DNA of 64,000 nucleotides from Parcubacteria group bacterium Gr01-1014_8 (lineage in GTDB: Bacteria > Patescibacteriota > Minisyncoccia > Phycocordibacterales > UBA2100), in the NCBI GenBank assembly GCA_007376385.1, contig VMGC01000003.1:1-64000 (forward strand), read 5' to 3'. Under the pieces are notes generated by a model. That model saw nothing but the letters and a program-made list of their open reading frames with translations. It was not told where the DNA came from and did no database searches. The position numbers and the translations under genes were made by a program. Of the stretch, positions 38,891 to 49,068 are shown one piece after another. Position 1 is the first letter of the stretch. Every line of letters starts with the position of its first letter.

Positions 38891-39838
38891 CTATTCAGAA
38901 AGAACCTTCATGACACGGTCGACCACCGTGGCCCTTGTACCAAGAGCATAGTGTCCTACGCCTTCGATTACGAAATACGGGACTTTGTTTTCTTTCAACG
39001 CAGGCCCTAGGAGATCGCTCGGATATAAATGATCCTTGTCCCCAATCCCGGCAGAGACGCGAACTCCCTTTTCGATAAGCGCCCTTACCATCGGCGCGAC
39101 GTAAGTTACTGCGACCTCGTCAATTTGTGCTTCAGCACCGAGATCTCCACGCATGGTCTGTTGCATTCCGAACATCTCGTAATCTATCTCGGCGCTCGGC
39201 AAAAAAGACTTGTCGTGCTCCCCGCCTGGCATCATCCCCAACTGCCGTAATTTACTCTTGAGAAGGACCCCGAAATTAATCGATGCCGTCTTAAGACGAA
39301 GTGGGTCGTCGCCCTCAATCATTCCAGCAGGAGCATAGAGAAAGATCTTTCGAAAGAGCTCCGGTCGGAGCGTGGCGGCCAGCACTGCAGACACGGCACC
39401 CGCAGAATGGGCTATGACATCTATGGGTTGTGGTATGGCCAGGTTTTCCAACATCTCTATCGAACCAATGGCTCGTTTCACTTGAGCATCAGAAAAGACG
39501 CACTTTTCTTTTTTCCACTTCGCTAATTCCTTTTTCGCATTTTGTAATTTTTCTTCTCCTTTGAGCTTATTCTTCGATCCGAACTGGTCAATTTCTACAT
39601 TTTCTGCAGCAAAAAAAGATTTTCCCTTATTGTAAAGGCTTTCTAGAAATCCCTTATAGGTGGTGTATGACAATCCTAGGCCGGGCAAGAAATATACTGT
39701 GGGATCGCTGGAATTTTCTGCTTGCATTAAAGTGTATCTGATTTCTTGATCGCCCACTCGAACACTATGTGTGCACTTGTGAAAGAGATCTCTGAAAGGA
39801 TCTCCTAATGATTGCGGTTGTTCAAGTAGTGTGTGCAT
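38891..39838 (-). CDS. alpha/beta hydrolase family protein
   Basis: IAHSAGAVSA nucleophile elbow, 315 aa. Confidence 0.5.
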   Translation of the reverse strand: MHTLLEQPQSLGDPFRDLFHKCTHSVRVGDQEIRYTLMQAENSSDPTVYFLPGLGLSYTTYKGFLESLYNKGKSFFAAENVEIDQFGSKNKLKGEEKLQNAKKELAKWKKEKCVFSDAQVKRAIGSIEMLENLAIPQPIDVIAHSAGAVSAVLAATLRPELFRKIFLYAPAGMIEGDDPLRLKTASINFGVLLKSKLRQLGMMPGGEHDKSFLPSAEIDYEMFGMQQTMRGDLGAEAQIDEVAVTYVAPMVRALIEKGVRVSAGIGDKDHLYPSDLLGPALKENKVPYFVIEGVGHYALGTRATVVDRVMKVLSE

Positions 39839-39995
39839 ACATTGAAATATTTGAGTCTCAATTGTACTCCACTCGAACCTATTTTGCCGAACACTGCTGA
39901 TGTCGCGTGCTCCGCGCGCGGAAATCCCATTCCCCCCTACGCGGCGCTTCGCGCCGCGCGTATTTCGGCCTCTGAAAAGCCATTGAGTTTGATTC

Positions 39996-40280
39996 TGGAG
40001 CCGATGTCCGGGATTGAACCGGAGACCTCGTTCTTCGCTTACACCTCTCCTTTAGATATTCGAGAGGGCTAGACTGTATCTTCCCCCCACTTTTTTTGAA
40101 TTCTTAAAGTGGGGGACCCTTGTCAGTCGTTCGGGCGAATCAAGCAAAATGCTCGTCGCCACGGTCTGAACCTTTCGAGGCCTTTAACCGTAATTCGGGA
40201 TTCATTCAGACGTTACCGCCCGAATGGGCAGGGGTCTGCGACCCACCAAGAACGTGCTCTACCAACTGAGCTACATCGGC
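39996..40280 (-). tRNA. tRNA-Thr(GGU) interrupted by a group I intron between positions 36 and 37
   Basis: Exon 1 40245-40280 (GCCGATGTAGCTCAGTTGGTAGAGCACGTTCTTGGT), exon 2 39996-40035 (AAGAACGAGGTCTCCGGTTCAATCCCGGACATCGGCTCCA). Spliced product folds as a canonical 76 nt tRNA. Confidence 0.65.
40036..40244 (-). ncRNA. group I self-splicing intron (about 209 nt, no ORF) in the tRNA-Thr(GGU) anticodon loop
   Basis: 5' exon ends in U; intron ends in G (AAGCG). S-like element GAAGAUACAGUCUAG, R-like UUCAGACCGUGG able to form P7. P1 possible as GGU|GGG with CCUGCC giving U-G at the splice site. Long hairpin CCCCCACUUU...AAAGUGGGGG. Confidence 0.6.
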
Positions 40281-40408
40281 TAAAACATTTGCTCCGCAAA
40301 TGTTCGCCCGAACATTCGGGATTGAATGTTTTAGGGCCTATTGCGCTTATATCAGCGCAAATCGATACTAGCACGCACCCTCTAATTTCTCCATGATAAA
40401 ATTGCCAT

Positions 40409-40630
40409 ATGACGGAAATAGAGAAACATCCGCTCAAATATTTGAGCGAAAATATGGGCGTCGCGCTTGGGCTCGTCTTGATATGGCGTGGCCTGTGGTA
40501 CGGGCTCGACGCGATAGATATGTGGGTGTTTGGAGGTACGCACATGTTCACTGCTATTTTCGGCGTGCTGCTCGGGGTCCTTATTTTGTATCTTCCGCAT
40601 CGCGATCTGAGTGCTCTTGAACGGCTGTAA
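40409..40630 (+). CDS. hypothetical small membrane protein (73 aa)
   Basis: Two hydrophobic helices. Upstream of gdhA on the same strand. Confidence 0.3.
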   Translation: MTEIEKHPLKYLSENMGVALGLVLIWRGLWYGLDAIDMWVFGGTHMFTAIFGVLLGVLILYLPHRDLSALERL

Positions 40631-40666
40631 TATCTCTTTTCACGAAGTTGTCGTAAGATACTCCGA

Positions 40667-41908
40667 ATGGCTGTCGTAAATCCGTTCACGTCATATATTG
40701 AACGCCTCGCACGCGCTGCGCGCGCCTTGGGACTCTCGGAAGTCGAAAAAAAACGATTGTCAGAGCCAAACAACATTGTAGATACTCAGATAGAACTTAC
40801 GCGTGATAATGGAACAGTAGAAAGACTCCGCACCTACCGCGTACAATTCAATAATGCACGCGGGCCGTATAAAGGCGGGATCCGCTTTCACAAGGCGGCG
40901 GACTTAGACGAAGTAAAGGCGCTGGCTGCGGCCATGGCAATAAAGTGTGCGGTAGTTGATATTCCGATGGGAGGCGCTAAAGGAGGTGTCCAATTTGACC
41001 CAAAGCAATATTCAGAAGCGGAAATAGAGCGAGTCGCACGAGCATTCATCCGAGCTATGGGTGATGCAATCGGCGCCGACAAAGATATTCCCGCGCCAGA
41101 CGTATACACCAACAGCAACATAATGGGCATCATGCTGGATGAGTTTCAAAAAATGCACGGCCGAAATGAACCCGCCATGATAACGGGAAAGCCGCAGGGA
41201 CTCGGCGGAATAGTCGGTCGTGACACAGCTACAGCACAAGGCGGTGTGTATGTGCTCGATTACTTTGTGAGTGCTCTTGGTTTCAAGAAAAAAGGTCTGC
41301 GCGTCGCAATACAAGGGTTTGGGAATGCGGGGGCTACCGCTGCAAAGATCTTGAGCGGAGATGGACACAGTATCGTCGGCATTTCCGATAGCAGCGGAGC
41401 TCTCCTATTCGAAACTGGGCTGGACATAGACAAACTCCTTCTTGAAAAAAACAAAAGCGGCGAGTTAAAAGATACGCGTGCAAGAATCGCAACAAATCAG
41501 GAGCTATTAGAAACGGACTGTGATGTTTTGATACCTGCCGCACTCGACAATCAACTGACCGTTGAAAATGCGCCTCGGGTAAAAGCAAAAATAATACTGG
41601 AATTGGCCAACGGGCCAACTACTCCGGAGGCGGACGTGATTTTCGGGCAACGAGACATTACTGTCATCCCCGATGTACTAACTAACGCGGGGGGAGTTAC
41701 CGTATCCTATTTTGAATGGCTGCAAAATCGGGAAGGAAGCATCTGGTCGGAAGAAAAAGTACGCGAGCAATTGAAAGAAATAATGACAAAAGCATCCGGC
41801 GTTCTATGGAAAAAATCAAAGGAACTGAATGTCCCCCTCCGAGATGCGGCGTTCCTTCTTGGCGTTGAACGAATTGTGAGTGCTATGAGGACCCGGAGGG
41901 CTGTCTAA
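40667..41908 (+). CDS. gdhA: glutamate dehydrogenase (Glu/Leu/Phe/Val dehydrogenase family)
   Basis: Catalytic K motif IPMGGAKGGV, Rossmann GFGNAG. Confidence 0.9.
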   Translation: MAVVNPFTSYIERLARAARALGLSEVEKKRLSEPNNIVDTQIELTRDNGTVERLRTYRVQFNNARGPYKGGIRFHKAADLDEVKALAAAMAIKCAVVDIPMGGAKGGVQFDPKQYSEAEIERVARAFIRAMGDAIGADKDIPAPDVYTNSNIMGIMLDEFQKMHGRNEPAMITGKPQGLGGIVGRDTATAQGGVYVLDYFVSALGFKKKGLRVAIQGFGNAGATAAKILSGDGHSIVGISDSSGALLFETGLDIDKLLLEKNKSGELKDTRARIATNQELLETDCDVLIPAALDNQLTVENAPRVKAKIILELANGPTTPEADVIFGQRDITVIPDVLTNAGGVTVSYFEWLQNREGSIWSEEKVREQLKEIMTKASGVLWKKSKELNVPLRDAAFLLGVERIVSAMRTRRAV

Positions 41909-41909
41909 C

Positions 41910-41927
41910 GCGCGAGTGAAGGGACTT
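41910..41927. repeat. 18 nt exact duplicate of the tRNA-Asp 3' end (T-stem/acceptor), 140 nt from the gene
   Basis: gcgcgagtgaagggactt is identical at 41910-41927 and 42067-42084. Starts 2 nt after the gdhA stop. Confidence 0.5.
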
Positions 41928-42030
41928 TTTCTCCCCCGCTTTGCATTTGCAAAGCTCCTCCGAAACCGGCCGCCCTCGCTCGAACCAGTGGCGCTCGGGT
42001 CGGCTTCAAGTCCCGTTTTGCATAGCAAAA

Positions 42031-42059
42031 CAAAAGAGTCCCATAGTGGGACTCTTTTG
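42031..42059 (-). terminator. intrinsic terminator downstream of tRNA-Asp
   Basis: 12 bp perfect stem CAAAAGAGTCCCA/TGGGACTCTTTTG, followed on the minus strand by TTTTGCTATGCAAAA. Confidence 0.55.
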
Positions 42060-42067
42060 TCTCGCTG

Positions 42068-42141
42068 CGCGAGTGAAGGGACTTGAACCCTCGACCTTTC
42101 CCGTGACAGGGGAACGCTCTAACCAGCTGAGCTACACCCGC
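42068..42141 (-). tRNA. tRNA-Asp(GUC)
   Basis: Acceptor GCGGGTG/CACTCGC, anticodon loop CTGTCAC, T-arm GAGGG-TTCAAGT-CCCTT. Confidence 0.85.
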
Positions 42142-42229
42142 AAGTGAGGAACAAAGAGATGCGTGCACGCTCTTTTTCCGGACGCCGCGGGTGCATCCTA
42201 AACACATCCCGCAAGGCCCGTACAATATA

Positions 42230-42493
42230 TCACTTACGCCTCTTTTTCAAACCTTTATGACCTAAGAGATATTTAACGACATCGATACCCGAAACAGCGG
42301 CCCACACGCTATTTGTGAGCATGAACGGAACTACTCCTTGATCATACGCGTAGACGAAAAGACCTACCCCACTCACAAAATTGATGAAGTCATACCAAAA
42401 ACTTTCCGCCTTAAGTTTGCCGTACTCGTTGGCGATAAACGCGGAAAGAGTAAGGAGGGCAGATGCAATGCCCAGGATTTCTATGCTACTCAC
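42230..42493 (-). CDS. hypothetical small membrane protein (87 aa) between tRNA-Asp and tRNA-Met
   Basis: Three hydrophobic helices, basic C-terminus KGLKKRRK. Confidence 0.35.
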   Translation of the reverse strand: MSSIEILGIASALLTLSAFIANEYGKLKAESFWYDFINFVSGVGLFVYAYDQGVVPFMLTNSVWAAVSGIDVVKYLLGHKGLKKRRK

Positions 42494-42512
42494 CTTAGTA
42501 TTCTACTACAGG

Positions 42513-42586
42513 TGCTGGGGGACGGGATCGAACCGTCGACCTAGCGCTTATGAAACGCTCGCTCTAACCGACTGAGCTACCCCAGC
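42513..42586 (-). tRNA. tRNA-Met/Ile2(CAU), elongator type
   Basis: Acceptor GCTGGGG/CCCCAGC, D-loop AGTCGGTTA, anticodon loop TTCATAA, T-arm GACGG-TTCGATC-CCGTC. Confidence 0.85.
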
Positions 42587-42630
42587 GTTTCGCCAGAATA
42601 GCATTTTTGACAGGCGACTCAACTATTTTG

Positions 42631-42782
42631 TTGCGGGGGCGGGCTTGGTCAGGAATAATTCGCTTGCCGACGCAAGCGAATTTTCACGACCCTGGCTCGC
42701 AGTCTCGCGCGCGCTCGACATCGCTCCGCCTTGCAAGTCCCGACGAGAAGTGCGAAGGCACTTCTCTCCCCCGCACAACCCG
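42631..42782 (-). ncRNA. about 150 nt structured element with tRNA-fMet-like acceptor termini but no T-arm (degenerate tRNA paralog or tRNA-like ncRNA)
   Basis: 3' end ttgttgcgggggcggg is identical to the 3' end and flank of the adjacent tRNA-fMet. 5' end UGCGGGGG pairs with the 3' end. Contains a 9 bp hairpin GAGAAGUGC/GCACUUCUC, an 11 bp hairpin AAUUCGCUUGC/GCAAGCGAAUU and a possible anticodon-like stem UCGGG/CCUGA. Confidence 0.35.
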
Positions 42783-42790
42783 ATCACAGC

Positions 42791-42817
42791 AAAAAATCCG
42801 CGCGAGGCGGATTTTTT
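42791..42817. terminator. bidirectional intrinsic terminator hairpin between tRNA-fMet and the tRNA-like element
   Basis: AAAAAATCCGCgcgaGCGGATTTTTT, perfect 11 bp stem flanked by A and T runs. Confidence 0.5.
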
Positions 42818-42827
42818 GCTGTACTTG

Positions 42828-42899
42828 TTGCGGGGGCGGGACTTGCACCCGCGACCTTCAGGTTATGAGCCTGACGAGCTACTACTGCTCCACCCCGCT
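42828..42899 (-). tRNA. initiator-like tRNA-Met(CAU) with non-canonical D and T loops
   Basis: AGCGGGGUGGAGC...CUCAUAA...CCCCGCAA resembles E. coli tRNA-fMet. A1:A72 are unpaired. D-loop AGTAGTA lacks G18G19 and T-loop is TGCAAGT instead of TTCRANY. Confidence 0.6.
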
Positions 42900-42906
42900 A
42901 CAGATG

Positions 42907-42942
42907 ATGATACCGCGATTGAGACTCCGAACGCAAGCGAAT
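42907..42942 (-). promoter_or_regulatory. putative sigma70-type promoter for tRNA-fMet
   Basis: Minus strand reads TTGCGT, 18 nt spacer, TATCAT, 7 nt, then tRNA +1. Confidence 0.3.
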
Positions 42943-43042
42943 TTTATTTGCGACGTAGAGCGAGTGAAATGCAAAAGAGCACTTTTGCATTTCCGAGCCG
43001 AGGAGCAAACACAGGTTCAATACCTCGCAGCTTTGCTGCGAG
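42942..43042 (+). repeat. intergenic repeat family copy C with downstream hairpin
   Basis: gcgagtgaaatgcaaaagagcacttttgcatttccgagccgaggagcaaacacaggttcaatacc, then CTCGCAGCtttgGCTGCGAG. Confidence 0.6.
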
Positions 43043-43096
43043 ACAGGGCGAGCGAAGCGAGCTCCATAATACCTCGGGGCTTGCTCCGAGGGACCT

Positions 43097-43786
43097 TTAT
43101 TCAATATATTTGAATTCTCTAAAAACGCGCTCATACATTCGTATCACGCGTTTTGCTTCGCGCGCATCAAGCTGAACATTTGCACTATCGTGCACAACAC
43201 GATTTCTTATTTTGTGAGCTTCCCACGCGAAATCGATCGAATTGAATGCCTCAATAGGAATTTGCTTCATTTTATCTGCCATTGTTTCCCCTTTATATCC
43301 GAGCACATCCAAGAGGTCATTCAGCATGATATCCGCTTCAAGTATGGCAAGCCGCCATTTTTCCACATCTTCTGAATTCACCTGCTCCCAAATTCGACGC
43401 CAGCGAAGCTGTGTCCTAGACAGATCTTGGCTGACAATTGGTCGAGCACCGGCAGCCATAGCTGTTCGCTCAATGCGGCGTATCTGCAGGATGCGCACAA
43501 CGCAATAGATGATGCCGGCGCCAAGGACAAGTGAAAGAAATGTTGCAAGGGGAAATATCGGCCCCCAGAAATTTAGGATCGTATCGACTGACCAGCCGGT
43601 CGTCACCTCCTGCTGTATCGACTGCACGATTGGCGTTGGCTCCGGATAGACACTGGGATCATAGGTAAAGGGCGAGGGCGGCGGTGCGTCTCCGTAGCCC
43701 GCATCATAGAACCACGCCAAGGTAACGCTCTCAAAAAAATGAACTACTGCCCAGTAGGCATCTCCAAGTGAACTTCCTCCATTCAT
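43097..43786 (-). CDS. hypothetical single-pass membrane protein with a cytoplasmic RNxxxH (HEPN-like) motif domain
   Basis: About 80 aa N-terminal segment, one TM helix, then a basic stretch and a 130 aa alpha-helical C-domain containing EAHKIRNRVVHD (Rx4H). Confidence 0.4.
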   Translation of the reverse strand: MNGGSSLGDAYWAVVHFFESVTLAWFYDAGYGDAPPPSPFTYDPSVYPEPTPIVQSIQQEVTTGWSVDTILNFWGPIFPLATFLSLVLGAGIIYCVVRILQIRRIERTAMAAGARPIVSQDLSRTQLRWRRIWEQVNSEDVEKWRLAILEADIMLNDLLDVLGYKGETMADKMKQIPIEAFNSIDFAWEAHKIRNRVVHDSANVQLDAREAKRVIRMYERVFREFKYIE

Positions 43787-43795
43787 TCGCCTATT

Positions 43796-45211
43796 CTACC
43801 GCGTTTGTTCAATATCCTTGCCGATTGTAAACAACATCTCTTCCCCACCATGCGAACCAATGGCTTGAAAGCCTACTGGGAGCTCTTTCCCATCGCGAGT
43901 GACAGTACCCGCGGGCACAGATATCGCAGGAACGCCTGCAAGATTTACAGGTACGGTGAAAATATCTGCCGCGTACATAGCGAGAGGATCGTCCGATTTT
44001 TCTCCGATCTTAAACGCGGGAATTGGCGATGTGGGTGTTGCAACAGCATCAACCGATTCAAATGCTTTTTTAAAATCCTCACGGACGAGGGAGCGAACAG
44101 CACGAGCCTTACGATAGTACGCGTCAGCGTAACCCGATGAGAGCACAAATGTTCCTACTAAGATCCGGCGCCTGGCTTCGGGACCGAATCCACGTCCTCG
44201 CGTTTTTGTGTATACATCTCCTATTGTTTCTGCGGGTTCAGAAAGACCATAACGTATACCGTCAAAGCGCGCCAGATTCGTAGACACTTCGGCCGGATTA
44301 ATAATGTAGTACACAGCAAGAGAGTATGTGAGATTCGGCAATTCGATGTCTCGGATCTCATACCCTGCTTTCCGCAAATTATTGAGCACACTCTCGAACC
44401 GCAAAGATACATCTTTTTCCACTCCACTTGAGACGAACGCGCGAGGTACCCCTATCACCTTCGGCTTTTTTACGTACACAGCTGTATCCGGAAGCGACGT
44501 ACTGTCGTTAGTATCGTGCCCTCGTATCGCGTTAAACACAGCCTCAACATCGCCGACTGTTTTGCCGATGGGGCCGATCTGATCAAGAGATGACGCAGCT
44601 GCCATTAATCCGAAGCGCGACACTGCACCGTACGTTGGTTTCAAACCGACAACACCGCAAAGAGCCGCGGGCTGGCGAATTGAGCCGCCAGTGTCACTTC
44701 CGAGACCGACCAGAGCCATATTCGCCGCAACCGCCGCCGCAGGTCCTCCCGACGTCCCGCCAGCAACACGCGATGTATCGTACGGATTCTTGGTTACGCC
44801 ATACGCTGAATTTTCCGTCGAGGAGCCAAGAGCAAATTCATCCATATTTGCTCGTCCCAAAAATACCGCTCCCTCATTTTTTAGCTTTGTTGTTACGGTT
44901 GCATCATACGAAGCTACATAGCTCTCCAATATCTTGGAGGCAGCGCTCGCATGTCGCCCTTTTATTAAAATATTGTCTTTTATCGCAACAGGAATTCCAG
45001 TAAGAGATAATGCATTGCCTTCTCGTATGCGTTCGTCCGCTTCTTGTGCTTCAGCGAGCGCTGTTTCCGCCCATACTTCTAAATACGCATGAATATCAGG
45101 GTCGCGCAGGGCTATCTCTTTTAAATAGGCTTCGGTTAGTTCTCTCGCTGAAAATTTCTTGGCATCGAGTGCGCGTCTGGCCTCCATAACCGTAAGTGCT
45201 GATAGTTCCAT
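43796..45211 (-). CDS. gatA: Glu-tRNA(Gln)/Asp-tRNA(Asn) amidotransferase subunit A
   Basis: Amidase signature GGSSGGPAAAVA with Ser-cisSer-Lys triad context, 471 aa. Confidence 0.9.
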   Translation of the reverse strand: MELSALTVMEARRALDAKKFSARELTEAYLKEIALRDPDIHAYLEVWAETALAEAQEADERIREGNALSLTGIPVAIKDNILIKGRHASAASKILESYVASYDATVTTKLKNEGAVFLGRANMDEFALGSSTENSAYGVTKNPYDTSRVAGGTSGGPAAAVAANMALVGLGSDTGGSIRQPAALCGVVGLKPTYGAVSRFGLMAAASSLDQIGPIGKTVGDVEAVFNAIRGHDTNDSTSLPDTAVYVKKPKVIGVPRAFVSSGVEKDVSLRFESVLNNLRKAGYEIRDIELPNLTYSLAVYYIINPAEVSTNLARFDGIRYGLSEPAETIGDVYTKTRGRGFGPEARRRILVGTFVLSSGYADAYYRKARAVRSLVREDFKKAFESVDAVATPTSPIPAFKIGEKSDDPLAMYAADIFTVPVNLAGVPAISVPAGTVTRDGKELPVGFQAIGSHGGEEMLFTIGKDIEQTR

Positions 45212-45213
45212 AC

Positions 45214-47534
<2,321 letters not shown>

Positions 47535-47586
47535 TTACAAGGTAGAGCCTGTCGATGCCAGTAGCCAATGTAGGGTCGAAAAACGC

Positions 47587-47997
47587 CTAGTACCGCAATT
47601 CGACGGAACGCTGAAGCGCACGAGCACTCGTCCCAATAGAAGCACAGCTAGTGCTGTATCCGTCCGAGTGAATAGTGGTCCGAGGATAAAAGTTTCGTTT
47701 CGTTACAACTACTCTCACGCAGCGCCCGTTTGGTTCGAATTCGTACGAGAACGTCACCGTCCACGGAGCATACGATGCCTGGCTATAGTACGAGCCTTCG
47801 GCGTAGTAAGAAGACTGGCTGTAGTACGTGCTTTGCGAATAGTATGTTGATTGACTGTAGTATGTACCTTGAGAATAGTACGTCCCCTGCGAATAGTATC
47901 CGCCTTCACCATACGCAGCGTATGCAAAAAAGGGCACCGCGCTCAACAAAAAGACAAGAGCAAACAGAAACTTCTTCTTTTGTTGCGATACGTTCAT
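47587..47997 (-). CDS. secreted tyrosine-rich tandem-repeat protein (YYSQxT hexapeptide repeats)
   Basis: Signal peptide, then (G/S)TYYSQ repeated about 7 times, encoded by an 18 nt tandem DNA repeat. Confidence 0.55.
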   Translation of the reverse strand: MNVSQQKKKFLFALVFLLSAVPFFAYAAYGEGGYYSQGTYYSQGTYYSQSTYYSQSTYYSQSSYYAEGSYYSQASYAPWTVTFSYEFEPNGRCVRVVVTKRNFYPRTTIHSDGYSTSCASIGTSARALQRSVELRY

Positions 47998-48002
47998 GTA
48001 CT

Positions 48003-48314
48003 CTATTGAGCTTGGGTCGTTACGTTAACGGTTTGACCATCGCACGTTATTTGCTCAGGCGGAGATGACGTTGAAAATAGCTCATGACGAATATCCCAAT
48101 AGAGCGCACATTCTGCCCCAGTGTCTGCAGCGTAAAATGCGAATTGCGAATCTCTTCCTATGGAAGAAAGAATGACGCTTTTACGCGCGATGGTTACGAT
48201 AGCCAGTCCCAGCGCGAGTGAAAGCGAGGCGATAAGAGCCGAAAGAAGGAGTGTAAAACCGCGGCTTTTTTCCTTTGGAAATTTCATATCAATATCATTA
48301 CAACGCGCTGCCAT
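48003..48314 (-). CDS. pilin-like / pseudopilin protein
   Basis: KSRGFTLLLSALIASLSLALGLAIV N-terminus is pilin-like but lacks Glu at +5. Confidence 0.5.
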   Translation of the reverse strand: MAARCNDIDMKFPKEKSRGFTLLLSALIASLSLALGLAIVTIARKSVILSSIGRDSQFAFYAADTGAECALYWDIRHELFSTSSPPEQITCDGQTVNVTTQAQ

Positions 48315-49068
48315 CTTCTACCCAGCGGTATAAGTTCTCGGAGATGGTGAACGAACGCGGTTGAAACGAACCGCTACGCCACTGTACAGTCACGCTGACC
48401 CTTATTTCGTCTGGTGCATTTATGAACTTGACATGCGCGGTACGCGTAAAGCGCGTTGCAGTCCATCCCGACAGGCCTCGGCCATACCCATACAAATTAC
48501 CATCTGTCTCTAGCGGTGGACATGTGCCGGATGTACATACGCTTGCGTCCATGTAATTGTCGCGTGTATCTATAACGAACGGGGCATCATTCGGGATGCC
48601 TTCAAGCAAGTCTACAGCTGTGCCCAAAGCGTTCTCTAGTATGTGCCCGTCACGTACGGATCGAACTGATTCAATCGCCTCTTGTGCCAGATGGAACGCC
48701 GTTATCTGATCTCTCGCATAGAAAGCAGTGGCCAGACTTTGCGCGACGAGTCCCATCGGAACCACGATAGCTATTGTGAGGAGCGAGATCGCTACCAACG
48801 TCTCAATGAGCGAGAACCCCGAACTGTCAGATGCTCTTTGCGGATCACGCAATAAAAAAGCCCGCCCCGCCGTTCCTCGCCTCATAGAGGCGAGGTATTC
48901 CGCGGGACGGGACCAGGCTTTTGTTTTGGAATAGGAATCGACCACCGTCGATTCGAGTTTAGTGTGCATCCCCGCAGCAAGCTGCGGGATATTGCACGCC
49001 AATAAAAGACCGGACATCGGTTTTCCTTGACTTGAAGCGCGTGAACCTGGACGCAGATGCTTTATCAT
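48298..49068 (-). CDS. type IV minor pilin (prepilin N-terminal domain)
   Basis: GFSLIETLVAISLLTIAIV class III signal with E+5. Confidence 0.7.
   Translation of the reverse strand: MIKHLRPGSRASSQGKPMSGLLLACNIPQLAAGMHTKLESTVVDSYSKTKAWSRPAEYLASMRRGTAGRAFLLRDPQRASDSSGFSLIETLVAISLLTIAIVVPMGLVAQSLATAFYARDQITAFHLAQEAIESVRSVRDGHILENALGTAVDLLEGIPNDAPFVIDTRDNYMDASVCTSGTCPPLETDGNLYGYGRGLSGWTATRFTRTAHVKFINAPDEIRVSVTVQWRSGSFQPRSFTISENLYRWVEDGSAL

Noticed and set aside
40109-40776. ORFs 40109-40396 (+) and 40213-40776 (-) overlapping the tRNA-Thr intron region
   Set aside because: They span the intron and tRNA exon and have Arg/Ser-rich nonsense-like translations. The region is explained by the tRNA plus group I intron and the small membrane ORF at 40409-40630.
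42631-42782. Possible tmRNA (acceptor-like ends GCGGGGG/CCCCCGCAA)
   Set aside because: At 150 nt it is too short, has no T-arm and no tag-peptide reading frame ending in a stop. It is better described as a degenerate tRNA-like element.
47780-47900. Tandem direct repeats of about 18 nt that might have been a CRISPR-like array
   Set aside because: The repeats are in-frame and encode YYSQxT hexapeptides within a signal-peptide-containing ORF. There are no spacer-like unique segments and no cas genes.
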